From a virus, in IMG/VR virus record IMGVR_UViG_3300037054_000079, positions 32,110 to 96,109 of that record: a stretch of DNA of 64,000 nt; one strand, written 5' to 3'. Below, in pieces: positions 19,755-30,626 of the stretch. The position numbers and the translations under genes were made by a program. The first letter of the stretch is position 1, and each line of letters begins with the position of its first letter. Below the pieces are notes generated by a model. It had not been told where the DNA came from, did no database searches, and saw nothing but the letters and a program-made list of their open reading frames with translations.

Positions 19755-22700
19755 ATTATATTTTTAGATTTTGAGACGAGGGGTGTGGTCGATCTGATAA
19801 AGGTCGGGCAGACTCGCTATGCAATGGACGAAGCAACACAGGCGCTTTGTTTTTGTTGGTCGTTCGATCAAGAGATCAAAGTCGATCTGTGGCACCGCGA
19901 GCATCCGTGGATCGTCAAGAGCACATTCCCCCGAGAGTTGTGCGAGCGCATCGCCAGCGGCGAGCTAGTCGAGGCGCATAACGCGGGCTTCGAGTTTCAT
20001 ATTTGGAATTTAGTGCTGTGCCGGGAATTTCCCGAGTTCGCACCATACCTCTTGAAGCTTGAGCAAATGCGCTGCTCAGCCGCGAAAGCCTCGTGTCTCT
20101 CGCTGCCCCGCGCGCTAGGCGATGCGGTGAACGCAGTCAATCTTCCGCAAAAGAAACTGGCGGACGGTCGCCGACTCATAAACAAGCTCAGCAAGCCGCA
20201 TATCCGTAAGGTCAAGACGGTCGATCAGGGTAGGATCGACCTCGGCTACAGCAAAAAAGAAGCGACCACGGTCGAGAACGTCACCGAATGGTGCGAGGAA
20301 GAAGCCGAGCACCGCAAGAATTGGGTCTACTGCGCGCAGGACGTGCGCGCCGAGCGCGGTCTCTCGAACTTCTGCCCCGAGATGACGCCGCGCGAACTCG
20401 AATACTGGCAAATGGATTTTCGCATGAACGAGCGCGGGATCACGCTCGATCTCCCCGCTGCCGAAGTGGCGCTCGATCTTGCCGCTAAAGAGACCACGCG
20501 ACTCAACACCGAACTGCAAGAGATCACGAGCGGCACCGTGCCGAAAGGTTCGCAGCGCGCCAAGCTGCTCAAGTGGATAAATGGTACGTTGCAGGAAGTT
20601 GTAGGTGAGCAGGTAGCCGGATTAGCCAATACCAAGGCAGATACGCTTTCCTTTTCGCTCCACGGCGTGCCCACAAAAGCCGGAGAGGAAGCTAAAGCTG
20701 CTGCCAAACCGGAGGTCGATGCGAAGTGGGAGGCCATCGGCATCAACGGTCTTCCGATACGCCGCGTGATGGAAATCTGCATGGAAGTCAACCGAACCTC
20801 CGTGTCAAAGTACGATCAAATGGTCAACAGCGTTTGCCCGGACGGCAAGCTGCATGACATCATGCTCTACAACGGCGCGGACCGCCCGGTAAGCGGCGAT
20901 GCGGAAGTGCTGACTCGCCAAGGGTGGCAGCGGATTGATGAATGGCAGGGCGGCGAGATCGCTCAGTGGGCACATAAGAAATTCAGCGCGGGTGAGATCA
21001 CATTCGCCCCCGCAACGCGCGCGGCCTTTGCATACACCGGCGATATGGTACGGATGGTCGGCCCGAGTACAGAACTGCTTTGCACGGTCGATCATAAAAT
21101 CCCACTCATTAGCTGCCGAGACAATCTGACGGACTTTGCAGCAGGCGAAGTCGGTCGCTGTAATTGGGCGGCCCCTCTTGCGGGCCATTATACAGGCGCG
21201 CCTGAGCCGCACCCCCGCACGCGTCTCATTGTCATGTATCAGGCGGATGGCCGCACTCCCGAGGGAGCCGGAGCGCTGACCCTCCACTTTCGGAAATCAA
21301 GAAAGATAGCGCGGTGCAAAATGCTGTTACAGGCGGCCTCGTTGAAGTTCATCGAGCGGGTTGACGGAGATGGCTCTACCAATATCAAGATCGTTGCTGC
21401 GCCCGGATGGCTGCGCCGCTCCAAAGAATTTGGAGCTTGGCTACTAGATCATGATCCAGTGGTGTTCGTTGACGAGCTAAAGCACTGGGATGGCTGCACC
21501 GATAAGCGAAACATAGCTCCGGGAACCTCCTACTCGACATGCTCTAAAAACAATGCTGAGTGGGTGCAGACAATGGCGTCGCTCGCGGGGACGCGCGCAC
21601 ACATTGAAGATCGTGGCACCCGCAATGAGAATTGGAGCCGAAGTTACCGCGTGCATGTCCATAGCGCAGGCGCACGGAGTTGGCTTAAGAAAGGATGGAC
21701 GTTTGAGCGCGAGCCTAGCACGGGAGAAGTCTACTGCGCGCGAACGGAAACTGGCTATTTTCTTGTCCGCTATAACGGGACAATTCAAGTAACTGGGAAC
21801 ACGGGCCGATGGTCCGGCAAAGGTGTGCAGCCCCACAACTTCGTGCGCGGCTGGACAAAGGATATGTCTTCCGCATGGGAAGACATCATGTCGCTCGACC
21901 TCGACCTCATTACGATGATATGGGGCGAGCCGATGGTGGTGCTCGCGAAAGCGTGTCGCGGCGCGCTCATAGCATCCGAAGGCAATGAGTTATACGCCGC
22001 CGACTTCAACGCCATCGAAGCTCGCAAGCTCGCATGGCTGGCAAACTGCGTGAAGCTGCTCACGCTGTTCCTGAGCGGCGGCGATCCGTACATTGAAATG
22101 GCGTGCGCGATCTATCAGCTTCCGCTTCCGACAACTAAAGCGGAGCGCGACCTCTTTAAGAAAGAGCACAAGAGCGAGCGCAATCTTGGCAAGAAGGCCA
22201 TTCTCGGGCTAGGCTACGCAATGGGGTGGGAGAAGTTTCAGGCGACCGTCTATGCTGACGAGGGCATATGGCTCGAAGACGAGTTCTGTCAGCGAGTCGT
22301 GCGCATTTATCGCAAGGAAATGTACCCTGAAATCCCGGCGCTGTGGGCGAACACCGGCATTGCAGCCATCGGCGCGGTGCAGGAAGGTGGCGAGTGGTTC
22401 GTTGGCGGCGACGAGCTTGGAGTCGGTGGCGTCAGCTACTTCATGAGCGATGACAGGAATTTCTTGCACTGTTGGTTGCCTAGCGGTCGCTTACTCGCGT
22501 ATCTATATCCCGAAGTGCATGTGCGGGTGAACTACCGCTTCGCCGCCCTCAATGAGCGCGGCAAGCCGACGATGGTTATGTTCCCGGCGAAGAAGAACGT
22601 GCCGATGAACCGCGTGCGCTATCACGCCGAGAAGATAGCGGAGAAACAGCATAAGCGGCTGCTCGACGACAAGCCCGCGAGTTTCCTATCGCCGCACCTA

Positions 22701-23003
22701 TCATTCATGGGCCGCAATATCGTCACTAAACAGTGGCAGCGGTGCGGCACCCACGGCGGATCGCTCGTCGAGAACTACGATCAGGCGTCGTCTCGCGATC
22801 TGCTCGCCGAAGCAATGTTGCGCGTAGATCAAGATGAACGATTTGGGCTGTTGCTCTCGATCCACGATGAAGTGATCGCTGAGGCCCCTATTGGCACTTG
22901 CTCGCTTAAAGAGTTCGAGGATATGATGGCTATCGTGCCTGATTGGGCACCGGGTATGCCAATCGCCGCTGAGGGTTGGATAGGACCGAGACTTAGAAAA
23001 TGA
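19755..23003 (+). CDS. family A DNA polymerase with 3'-5' exonuclease, intein-containing; probable non-canonical ATT/ATA start
   Basis: Exo I FLDFETR upstream of the track's GTG; AHNAGFE; YCAQDV; motif A ADFNAIEAR; motif B RNLGKKAILGLGY; motif C IHDEV. Confidence 0.95.
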   Translation: MIFLDFETRGVVDLIKVGQTRYAMDEATQALCFCWSFDQEIKVDLWHREHPWIVKSTFPRELCERIASGELVEAHNAGFEFHIWNLVLCREFPEFAPYLLKLEQMRCSAAKASCLSLPRALGDAVNAVNLPQKKLADGRRLINKLSKPHIRKVKTVDQGRIDLGYSKKEATTVENVTEWCEEEAEHRKNWVYCAQDVRAERGLSNFCPEMTPRELEYWQMDFRMNERGITLDLPAAEVALDLAAKETTRLNTELQEITSGTVPKGSQRAKLLKWINGTLQEVVGEQVAGLANTKADTLSFSLHGVPTKAGEEAKAAAKPEVDAKWEAIGINGLPIRRVMEICMEVNRTSVSKYDQMVNSVCPDGKLHDIMLYNGADRPVSGDAEVLTRQGWQRIDEWQGGEIAQWAHKKFSAGEITFAPATRAAFAYTGDMVRMVGPSTELLCTVDHKIPLISCRDNLTDFAAGEVGRCNWAAPLAGHYTGAPEPHPRTRLIVMYQADGRTPEGAGALTLHFRKSRKIARCKMLLQAASLKFIERVDGDGSTNIKIVAAPGWLRRSKEFGAWLLDHDPVVFVDELKHWDGCTDKRNIAPGTSYSTCSKNNAEWVQTMASLAGTRAHIEDRGTRNENWSRSYRVHVHSAGARSWLKKGWTFEREPSTGEVYCARTETGYFLVRYNGTIQVTGNTGRWSGKGVQPHNFVRGWTKDMSSAWEDIMSLDLDLITMIWGEPMVVLAKACRGALIASEGNELYAADFNAIEARKLAWLANCVKLLTLFLSGGDPYIEMACAIYQLPLPTTKAERDLFKKEHKSERNLGKKAILGLGYAMGWEKFQATVYADEGIWLEDEFCQRVVRIYRKEMYPEIPALWANTGIAAIGAVQEGGEWFVGGDELGVGGVSYFMSDDRNFLHCWLPSGRLLAYLYPEVHVRVNYRFAALNERGKPTMVMFPAKKNVPMNRVRYHAEKIAEKQHKRLLDDKPASFLSPHLSFMGRNIVTKQWQRCGTHGGSLVENYDQASSRDLLAEAMLRVDQDERFGLLLSIHDEVIAEAPIGTCSLKEFEDMMAIVPDWAPGMPIAAEGWIGPRLRK
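20886..21800 (+). mobile_element. 305-aa intein with LAGLIDADG (DOD) endonuclease in DNA polymerase
   Basis: Interrupts YNGADR|TGRWSG; block A PVSGDAEVLT, block B TVDH, block F VYC, block G VTGN/T; DOD motifs YQADG and HWDG. Confidence 0.92.
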
Positions 23004-23485
23004 CGCCACAGCAAAAATGGTACGCTTCACATCCGCCGGAGTATCATGTGTGGAAAGACATGATCTCCCGGTGCTATACACCAACTCGGAAAAACTTTGC
23101 TTATTATGGCGGTCGCGGAGTGACGGTGTGCGCCCGCTGGCGGAAATCTTATGCGGCGTTCTTTGCGGATATGAAGCGGCGACCATCGGCGCGACACGAG
23201 CTAGACCGATATCCCGACAAGAATGGCCCCTATGCCCCGGACAATTGCCGGTGGGCGACGAAACGACAGCAACAGCAAAACATCCGCACAAATCATATCT
23301 TAGAGTTTTGTGGATTGCGCCAGTGCATCACTGAATGGGCGCGGCAAATCGGGATTAGCCCGCAGGCTCTATATTATAGGTTGTCCCGTTCGCAAATGTC
23401 TGTTAAGGAAGCATTGACTCGTCCCCCGCGTCAGTATGGAGGACAGCTATGCAGACCGAAACTAAGTCAAGGACTTCTCAGGTGA
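23000..23485 (+). CDS. HNH homing endonuclease
   Basis: WKDMISRC, YYGGRGVTVCARW, LDRYPDKNGPYAPDNCRWAT. Confidence 0.9.
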   Translation: MTPQQKWYASHPPEYHVWKDMISRCYTPTRKNFAYYGGRGVTVCARWRKSYAAFFADMKRRPSARHELDRYPDKNGPYAPDNCRWATKRQQQQNIRTNHILEFCGLRQCITEWARQIGISPQALYYRLSRSQMSVKEALTRPPRQYGGQLCRPKLSQGLLR

Positions 23486-23846
23486 CGCGGCTCAATCGCG
23501 TACAGGCTGACGAGATCGCGCAGACGCTTGACACGCTAAGTGTCATTGCGCTCGATCATCCGGACACTGTTGACTCGGATAGTCAGACCTATGCACAGGC
23601 GTTCACAAGCGCCGCCGATGCCATTCGTATTCTCTCGAAACAGAAAGCCTTGACACCGGAGGTCAATGAGGCGTATCAGGCCACCGGATATCTGCTTGAT
23701 CTGGACGAGGAAAACCACCGGCTGCGACTAGCACTTTATCAGGGCGATCCAAAGAATGTGCGCAGTTTCCTATTGCTCGACTCGCCCGAGGTCTATGACA
23801 CAGCGCAGCGCCTAATCAGGAAGTATGACATCCTTGAAGGGATAAA

Positions 23847-24710
23847 ATGATGATCGAAGCACAGTCCCCCGTGCCTCTCTCGAAAAACGTCCCCGGCCTA
23901 CCGACAGACACCGCATACCGTGCGGCGGAGTTCATCGAGACATACACTGGCCGAGCGTTCTACCCACTCAACCCGCGCCAAGAAGATATCTCGATCATCG
24001 ACATCGCTCACGGCTTGTCATTGCAGTGCCGGTACGGTGGCCAGATTACCGACTTCTACTCCGTCGCCGAGCATTCCGTGCTGCTCGCAATGTACGCGGA
24101 GCAAGAACTGCACGCAAACGTCATTGACTGTTTGCAAATCCTCATGCACGACGCGCCCGAAGCGTTCATGACTGATATCCCGCGCCCGGTCAAACAGTAC
24201 ATGCCCGAGTACCGCAAATGGGACCACGGTATCGACGAAGCGATCCGCACGTGGCTGAGTCTCGAAGGGGTCAAGCGCCCCGACTTTCAAGACGAGATCG
24301 ACAGCCGTATCATCGTGGACGAGCGCGCCCAACTCAAGAGCGATAGCGGGCTTGATTGGGGCCACAACCTCGAGGCGCTTGACCTCGAAATGCAGAAGTG
24401 GGCACCGCGCCGCGCCGAGATTGAGTTTCTCATGCGCTATACCGCGTACACCAACGCGCTCTTTCATGCGCCACAGTACGCGCGCGAAGGGTGGAACGGT
24501 CAATACGTCCGGGCTATTCATTCCGACGCTGGCAGCGACGATCCGGCGATAGTCGATGTGGTCGAAGTTGACCTGCGCGGCGGCGTCGCCCGCGTCAAGC
24601 TGCGCAGCGATGACGGGATGCTCGTGCGAGATAAAGAGCGCGGGCGCTTTCCCCGCCCCGCGTGGAAATGGATGCACGGCAAGTTCGCGCTGACAGAGGT
24701 CGGCCTATGA
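23847..24710 (+). CDS. HD-domain phosphohydrolase (YfbR/YfdR-like 5'-deoxynucleotidase)
   Basis: DIAHGLS..CRYGG, YSVAEHS, LMHDAPEAFMTDIPRPVK. Confidence 0.9.
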   Translation: MMIEAQSPVPLSKNVPGLPTDTAYRAAEFIETYTGRAFYPLNPRQEDISIIDIAHGLSLQCRYGGQITDFYSVAEHSVLLAMYAEQELHANVIDCLQILMHDAPEAFMTDIPRPVKQYMPEYRKWDHGIDEAIRTWLSLEGVKRPDFQDEIDSRIIVDERAQLKSDSGLDWGHNLEALDLEMQKWAPRRAEIEFLMRYTAYTNALFHAPQYAREGWNGQYVRAIHSDAGSDDPAIVDVVEVDLRGGVARVKLRSDDGMLVRDKERGRFPRPAWKWMHGKFALTEVGL

Positions 24711-25352
24711 GCATTGGGCTTCCCTATGAAGAAGCTAGAGTCGCTCTCGTGAGGGGCGGCTGCATACGTCACTCGACGATGCCAAAAGAGCAGGCGCTAA
24801 AGTTGGCTTGCTGGCCCGGAATTGGAGTTCCGGTTTTGGTTGACAAAGCTGGCAAGATTGTAGGAGAATTTAAGCTGACTGAAAAAGAGTGCCGTTCATT
24901 TTTGTGGGAGATCGTGTAGTGAGCATCGAGCGACCCGAACAGGGCATGTTGGTGATCCAGTGCGATGCGTGCGAGGATCACATCGACTTCACCGCCGACG
25001 AGGGGCAGCCGAGCAGCGATCCCGTGGCCTGTCTCAAACTCGCCAAGGAACTCGAATGGCGGTCCTATAAGCAGACGGGGTTCGACTGGCAGCACTTTTG
25101 TCCGGTGTGTGCCCCGGCGGCGGACGCGGAGGCGCAGCGTAAGCATAAGAGCGATGCCGAGCGAGAACAGATCAAGCAACGCAACGCCCGTGGCTGAGGA
25201 TTTAGAAACTGAGGCTCGCCGACGCTTCCCGTGGTGCTTCCCGCCGCAGACCAACATTGAAGACGCGGATCGAGTGGCTCGCGGTAAGCCAATCAGAGAT
25301 TGGGAGTTGACTCGGGCAAAAGCTCGTGCGCAGGTTTTAGCGGAGCGCGCCC

Positions 25353-26807
25353 GTGGCTGATTGGTTTCATCAGGCATACGAATACAAGATCGGGAAACAA
25401 AAGCGCGGTCGTGGCTTGCTTTGGCCGATGCGGTCCGGCAAGTCCAAGGGCATCATCGACAAAGCCAACTTCCTTTTCAAGCACAAAGAGATCGAGGGCG
25501 CTATCGTGCTCGCGCCGAACGGCGTTCATATCAATTGGTCGGCCAACGAGATACCAAAATGGTCGTGGCGCGAGAACGGGCGGTTCGGCACCTTCGCGTG
25601 GAGCACACCGAAGCGCGGCGACCTCGCGCGCATCAATCGGTTCTCTCGGTTACTGCACTTTCAAGGCATGAAGTGGTTCACAGTCAACAAGGAAGCCTTG
25701 AACCATCCCGAATGTCAGGCGGCTCTCCGCAAGTTTATGGTGTCGTGCCACAACAAGTTCATGCTGATCGTGGACGAGAGCCATCACTTCGCACGCCCCG
25801 GCGCGAAGCGGACGCGGCTCGCGCGCGGACTCGCTAAGAAGGCGGTGTACCGCGAAATCGCGACTGGCACCGTCATCCTGAATAGCCCGCTGCGGGCGTT
25901 CTCGCAGTTCGAAATCTTGCAAGAGAGCGCGCTTGGATTTGACAACTACACCGATTTCAAAGAGCGATACGCTATCATCGAACAGCGCAGCATCCCCGGA
26001 CGCCGCCGCACGCGCGAAGTCATCACCGGCTATCAGAACATGGACGAGCTTCGCGAGCGCATGGCGAAATGGTCGAGCGTCGTCGTGCGCGAAGATATCC
26101 ACGACATGCCCGAACTGCTGCGCACCGAGCGCCCGGTCATCATGAGCGAGAAGCAGCGGTTCGCCTACCTCGAAATGGTAAGTCGTCATATCGTCGAGAT
26201 CGGCGACGATCTAGTCGGCGCGCGGGACGGCGGCGCTCGTGTCACTAAGCTGCATCAAATAGCCAACGGCTACATCGTTGCCTCGGATACCGGGCAAATC
26301 CATACAATCGACGATGAAGCGCCGATATACGAGGCAATGCTCGAACAGGTCGGCGGCACGCTGCCCGGCAAGTCGATTGTGTGGTGCCGCTTCCGCGAAG
26401 ACGTGCGCCGAGTGGTGAAGTACCTCGAAACCCACGGCTACCCCGGCAAGGTGCTGACGTACTTCGGCGACACGCCGATGGACGAGCGCGAGCCATTGCG
26501 GGTGCAGTTCAACACGGACCCGAACATCTTCGCCCTCGTGGGCACGCTTGGGACCGGCGGCGAGGGCCTCGACTTCTCCGGCGCGGACGCGGTGATCTTT
26601 TTCTCGATCCCGCCGAACACGGTGCAGGTCAAGCAAGGCGAGGAACGCGCGACGGCGGTCGGCGGCAAGACAGTGACGGTGGTGCGGATAACGACGCCGG
26701 GAACGGTCGTTGACCGCCTTTGGAGTATTATTGACGGGAACTCGACCCTCGCCGACTCAGTGTCCGGGCGCGGGCTGCGCGATCTGCTGCGAGCGACCGA
26801 TATTTGA
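25353..26807 (+). CDS. SNF2-like superfamily 2 helicase
   Basis: MRSGKS, IVDESHH, ATGT, GGEGLDF, Q.EERA. Confidence 0.9.
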   Translation: MADWFHQAYEYKIGKQKRGRGLLWPMRSGKSKGIIDKANFLFKHKEIEGAIVLAPNGVHINWSANEIPKWSWRENGRFGTFAWSTPKRGDLARINRFSRLLHFQGMKWFTVNKEALNHPECQAALRKFMVSCHNKFMLIVDESHHFARPGAKRTRLARGLAKKAVYREIATGTVILNSPLRAFSQFEILQESALGFDNYTDFKERYAIIEQRSIPGRRRTREVITGYQNMDELRERMAKWSSVVVREDIHDMPELLRTERPVIMSEKQRFAYLEMVSRHIVEIGDDLVGARDGGARVTKLHQIANGYIVASDTGQIHTIDDEAPIYEAMLEQVGGTLPGKSIVWCRFREDVRRVVKYLETHGYPGKVLTYFGDTPMDEREPLRVQFNTDPNIFALVGTLGTGGEGLDFSGADAVIFFSIPPNTVQVKQGEERATAVGGKTVTVVRITTPGTVVDRLWSIIDGNSTLADSVSGRGLRDLLRATDI

Positions 26808-27347
26808 TATGCGGAAAGTATCAAAAAGTGCGACTTTGCGCAAGTGAGATATACCAAAGAGCAGGGCCGCCCCAACACCAGCCGGGACGGCCCTCAATTT
26901 AAGTGTCAAACTTGGGTTGGTATGTCGTTGTGTGTTCTCCATAACCTACAGCGAGCGGACGCGCTTTCGCGGGCCCAAACATGATACCTATGCGCTATTT
27001 CATACGAGCCTCCATAGCCGTTCGCGGCTTTGAACTTGAGCGATGACCGAAGCTAAGCACTAGACAGCCGCCGGGCCAACTGCTAAGTGGGGCGGTGGTT
27101 AAAGAAGGGTTACGGACCTTATGAACGTTAGCGATCTTATCGGCGTGCTCAGTAAGTTTGATCCCGACCTCGATCTCACGGTCGCCGGGGTTGACTTCGT
27201 CGTGATCCACGAGCGCACGGGCGGCTGGACCGGGCACACTCCGAACACGCATCAAAAGTGGATCGAGATCAACCCGCCGGAGACAGTCGAGCCGGTGGCC
27301 ACCGAAATTCTCGAACGGATGCGCGACAGATTTAGAGAGACCAGCGA

Positions 27348-27590
27348 ATGACGCTTTATGCTCTTGTCTTCGCCGGAGCCTTCATTTTAGATTTTGTGTG
27401 GGCGCGTTACAACCTTGCAATCTCGCAACAGCGCGTGATAGCCTCCGGCGTGTTCGCCATGCTGATCTATGTGGGCAACAACAGCATCGTGATTGGCATC
27501 GTGAACGATCCATGGCTGCTCGTCCCCTCCGCAGCCGGAGCGTTTCTCGGAACAATCTTGAGTGTATGGATGCACAAGCGAGGACTGTGA
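27348..27590 (+). CDS. small three-TM membrane protein
   Basis: Hydrophobic segments; AAGAFLGT motif. Confidence 0.6.
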   Translation: MTLYALVFAGAFILDFVWARYNLAISQQRVIASGVFAMLIYVGNNSIVIGIVNDPWLLVPSAAGAFLGTILSVWMHKRGL

Positions 27591-29051
27591 TGACTGACGC
27601 AATAATAGCGATTTTTATTATAGCTGGTGCTTTCACAGCGTTTGCAATTTTCGTGGTTGCGACATTAAAAGAGGGAGGATGGTGGTGATGACTGAAAAAC
27701 CCTTTGTAGAGTTCTCCAAAACCGACGATGGCGTCGTAGTCGTCCGGCTCACCAACGAGGGCCTCGCGCTCGTTGAGGATCAAGCCGCCGGTCGCATTAT
27801 CCTCGATCCGTTCGATAAGGCACTCGAAGGCTGCGTCCGAAAAGGTCTCATGCGCATCGTGCCACTGCCGGGCGGCGGCGAGGGAGTCGAGATCACCGAG
27901 CTAGGCCGCCAAGTTGCCAACGCCGCGCTTGAGGACAAGTGATGGCTACCCGCAAGAAAGGGATCACAGTCAAGACGCCGCAATGGTGGCGGCACTTGCG
28001 CAAGTATGTGCATCGACAGTTCTGGAAACGCCAGCGCCGCGCCGATAAGAAGGAACTGAAATCCAATGACTGATCTGAGAGTCGTCAAGTTCCCCGCGCC
28101 CGACCCGCGCAGTGCAAAAGAAATCTTGGAGCAAGCACTCAAGGCCAACTTGACGAACGTCATAGTTCTCAGTCAGCGTGAGAACGGCGACATTTATCAC
28201 GAGGAATGCGACGGCATGACGTTGGGCGAGATCAACTGGATCATCGACAGCTATAAATTTTGGCTGATGAAGAAGGCGGACAAAGAATGATTAAGTACGG
28301 CTCGATGGTGGACCGGCTGACTCGCCAGCTAGAGGCGAAGGGCGTGCCGGGCGCGCGAGCCGAAGCGGTCGCGCACTTGCGCGAGCACGGCGTGATCGAC
28401 GCCGCCGGACGACTGACAGCGAAGGGGCGCTCGCGCACGGCTATGGGGCCAGCCGGTCGCGCCAAGGACCGCGCCGCGCAACAGACTGGCCACAAGAAAT
28501 CCGAATACAAATACAATCCGCGCACGAACAGGGCGACACTCAAATGAGAATGCCACAAGACTTCGTTGATGCGATCAACACCGCCGTTAAGGTGGTCAAC
28601 CCCGAGGCTGGACATAGGACTTCCGGCTCGATGACATTGGGCACCGACTTTGATGAATGGCTTGGTCCCGAAGCGATGCTGAAATATGGCTTTGGCCCGA
28701 TCCCCGCAGAGGCGGTCGCCGCATTCAATGCTAAGTTTGCTGAAAAGCGGGACGAGTTGAAGGCGGCGGTGGTAGCGTCTTCGGTTGAGGTCGAGAGAAG
28801 GCGTATGAAATGACCGACACTCTCGACAGCGTGCCGCGCGACAAGTTCGTCTTCTTTCATGACGGGGACTTCCATCCGGTCACAAATATGTGGGACAATG
28901 ACGGCGACTTAATCGACGATCCCAAACGTGCATTTCGAGCGGTCATCTATCTTGGACCCGCTGAATGGCTTGCCACCCGCGTCTCGCCGGGTGAGATCGA
29001 ACGACGCGACACAGTAGAGGCGAGACTCAACACCAAACTCCGGAGGATAGA

Positions 29052-29378
29052 ATGAAAAAGTTGTTACTTATTACGGCGGCGCTCATGTTCTCGACAGCAT
29101 TAGCGTTTGCCGAACCGTGTGGCGATCATCGTGGGGATGCCGGAGTTGGCATCAATATCGGTGGCGCGCATATCGGCGTCGGCGTTGGCGGGCGTCACGA
29201 GGATCGCGGCGAGCGTCGCGATGGCCGTGACGAGCGTCGCGGCGAACACCGTGACGAAAATCGTGGCGAACATCACTTCCATCGTGGCTTCCATGGTGGT
29301 CACGACCGCGACCTGTATCGTGGCGATCCCTGCTGGAATTGGCTTCCGGTCGCCGGATGGGTCTACATCTGCGACTAA
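29052..29378 (+). CDS. exported Gly/Arg/His-rich protein
   Basis: Signal peptide MKKLLLITAALMFSTALAFA; SD GGAGG. Confidence 0.65.
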   Translation: MKKLLLITAALMFSTALAFAEPCGDHRGDAGVGINIGGAHIGVGVGGRHEDRGERRDGRDERRGEHRDENRGEHHFHRGFHGGHDRDLYRGDPCWNWLPVAGWVYICD

Positions 29379-29448
29379 CCTGCGATCTCCCGGTCGAGAG
29401 ACCGGGAGACGTTTCCGCGCGAGAGCGCACATCACTAGGAGAACTACA

Positions 29449-29769
29449 ATGCTACTCAAGATCATGAGCGCCGAAAACGCGGCGGACGATGACAGCCGAA
29501 AGACATTCCAACTTCACGATGGAGTCTCGACGGTAAGCTTCGAGCGCGAGCCAGACGGACTCAATCCCGGTGGCGAGCAACGTGCCCAAGCCCACGCCAC
29601 TTTTGCTGACAACACGACATGCGTATTCGACGTGCCCGGCAACGCCTACGTGATGAACGACAACGGCAAGACGGTCGCCAGCTTTGGCTCCGCCGGGTTG
29701 CCGGGGCACTATCGCGTCGATGAAAAGCGCGAGCCGCGCAAAGGCGACAGAGGGCCAATCGAACGATAA
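29449..29769 (+). CDS. hypothetical phage protein
   Basis: SD AGGAG; AYVMNDNGKTV motif. Confidence 0.6.
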   Translation: MLLKIMSAENAADDDSRKTFQLHDGVSTVSFEREPDGLNPGGEQRAQAHATFADNTTCVFDVPGNAYVMNDNGKTVASFGSAGLPGHYRVDEKREPRKGDRGPIER

Positions 29770-30491
29770 TGGGCGCGCACTACACCAAGCATGAAGTGTT
29801 CGCGAGCGGCTGGACCGGATGGGTTTCAGCCGCTCGCCTCCATAAGATTGCGTGCTGTGATTGTGGCCTGATCCAAGACTTTCGATTTCGCGTCCGCGAT
29901 GGCGTGATAATGTTCAAGGCCCGACGCAATGTCCGCTCGACCGCGCAGCGGCGGCGCACCCCGCAAGAGTTTAAGAGGCGACGCCGATGATCGAGATAAA
30001 CGTCCACCTGAGAAGTGCGATTTCGAAGACCCGAGACCGGGAGCTTGCGCGCTTTGTGATCTGCAATACCAACGAGGACGCGCCGCCCGGCGAGGGGCAT
30101 TATTACGTCGAGTCTTACCGGGGCCGCTCCACGGCGGCGCTCGACCGGCGGAAGCCTAGCCGGTCCGGCGAGGTCCGCCATCACCGCCGGGAAGCCGAAC
30201 ACGTGCTCAATCTAGTCGCCAAGGCGCTACAGGCCATGGGATACGGGCAGGCCCCGGCGGAGCCGCGCGCCGCTGCGCCCCCGGATCGGGCGCGGCATCG
30301 GACGCCCGATTGCATCAAACCTCCTAGAAACACGTTTCTAGGTCGCCACGGGCCTGTTTTTCAGGTGTCGAGCGGCGGCCCCTAAAGGCTCGATTTCAAC
30401 ACCGTATCCCGGATACGGGTCTAAGCTGTTGAACCTATTGATTTTTCCACCGGAAAGCGCCAAAACCGGCCCGGCAGTGGAAAAGGCCCTG

Positions 30492-30510
30492 TTAACCGGG
30501 CCTTAACCAT
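30492..30510 (+). promoter_or_regulatory. CtrA-binding box
   Basis: TTAA-CCGGGCC-TTAACCAT matches TTAA-N7-TTAAC; lies upstream of a TTGCAT...TATGTT promoter-like element. Confidence 0.65.
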
Positions 30511-30626
30511 CGCTTCAACTCGTGCCATTTTATTCTTGCATTCAAAATCCAATGAGCTATGTTCCGGTCGTGGCCGCTACCGGCCCGGAACAGAGGGCGA
30601 TCTCGCCCCATAAAAGGACTACTTCA

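Noticed and set aside
19253-19784. Group I intron carrying the HNH and splitting the polymerase 5' end
   Set aside because: No room for a ribozyme core between the HNH stop and the Exo I motif, and no upstream exon is needed
26810-27120. Intergenic gap after the helicase as an ncRNA
   Set aside because: Only one or two modest hairpins; insufficient support
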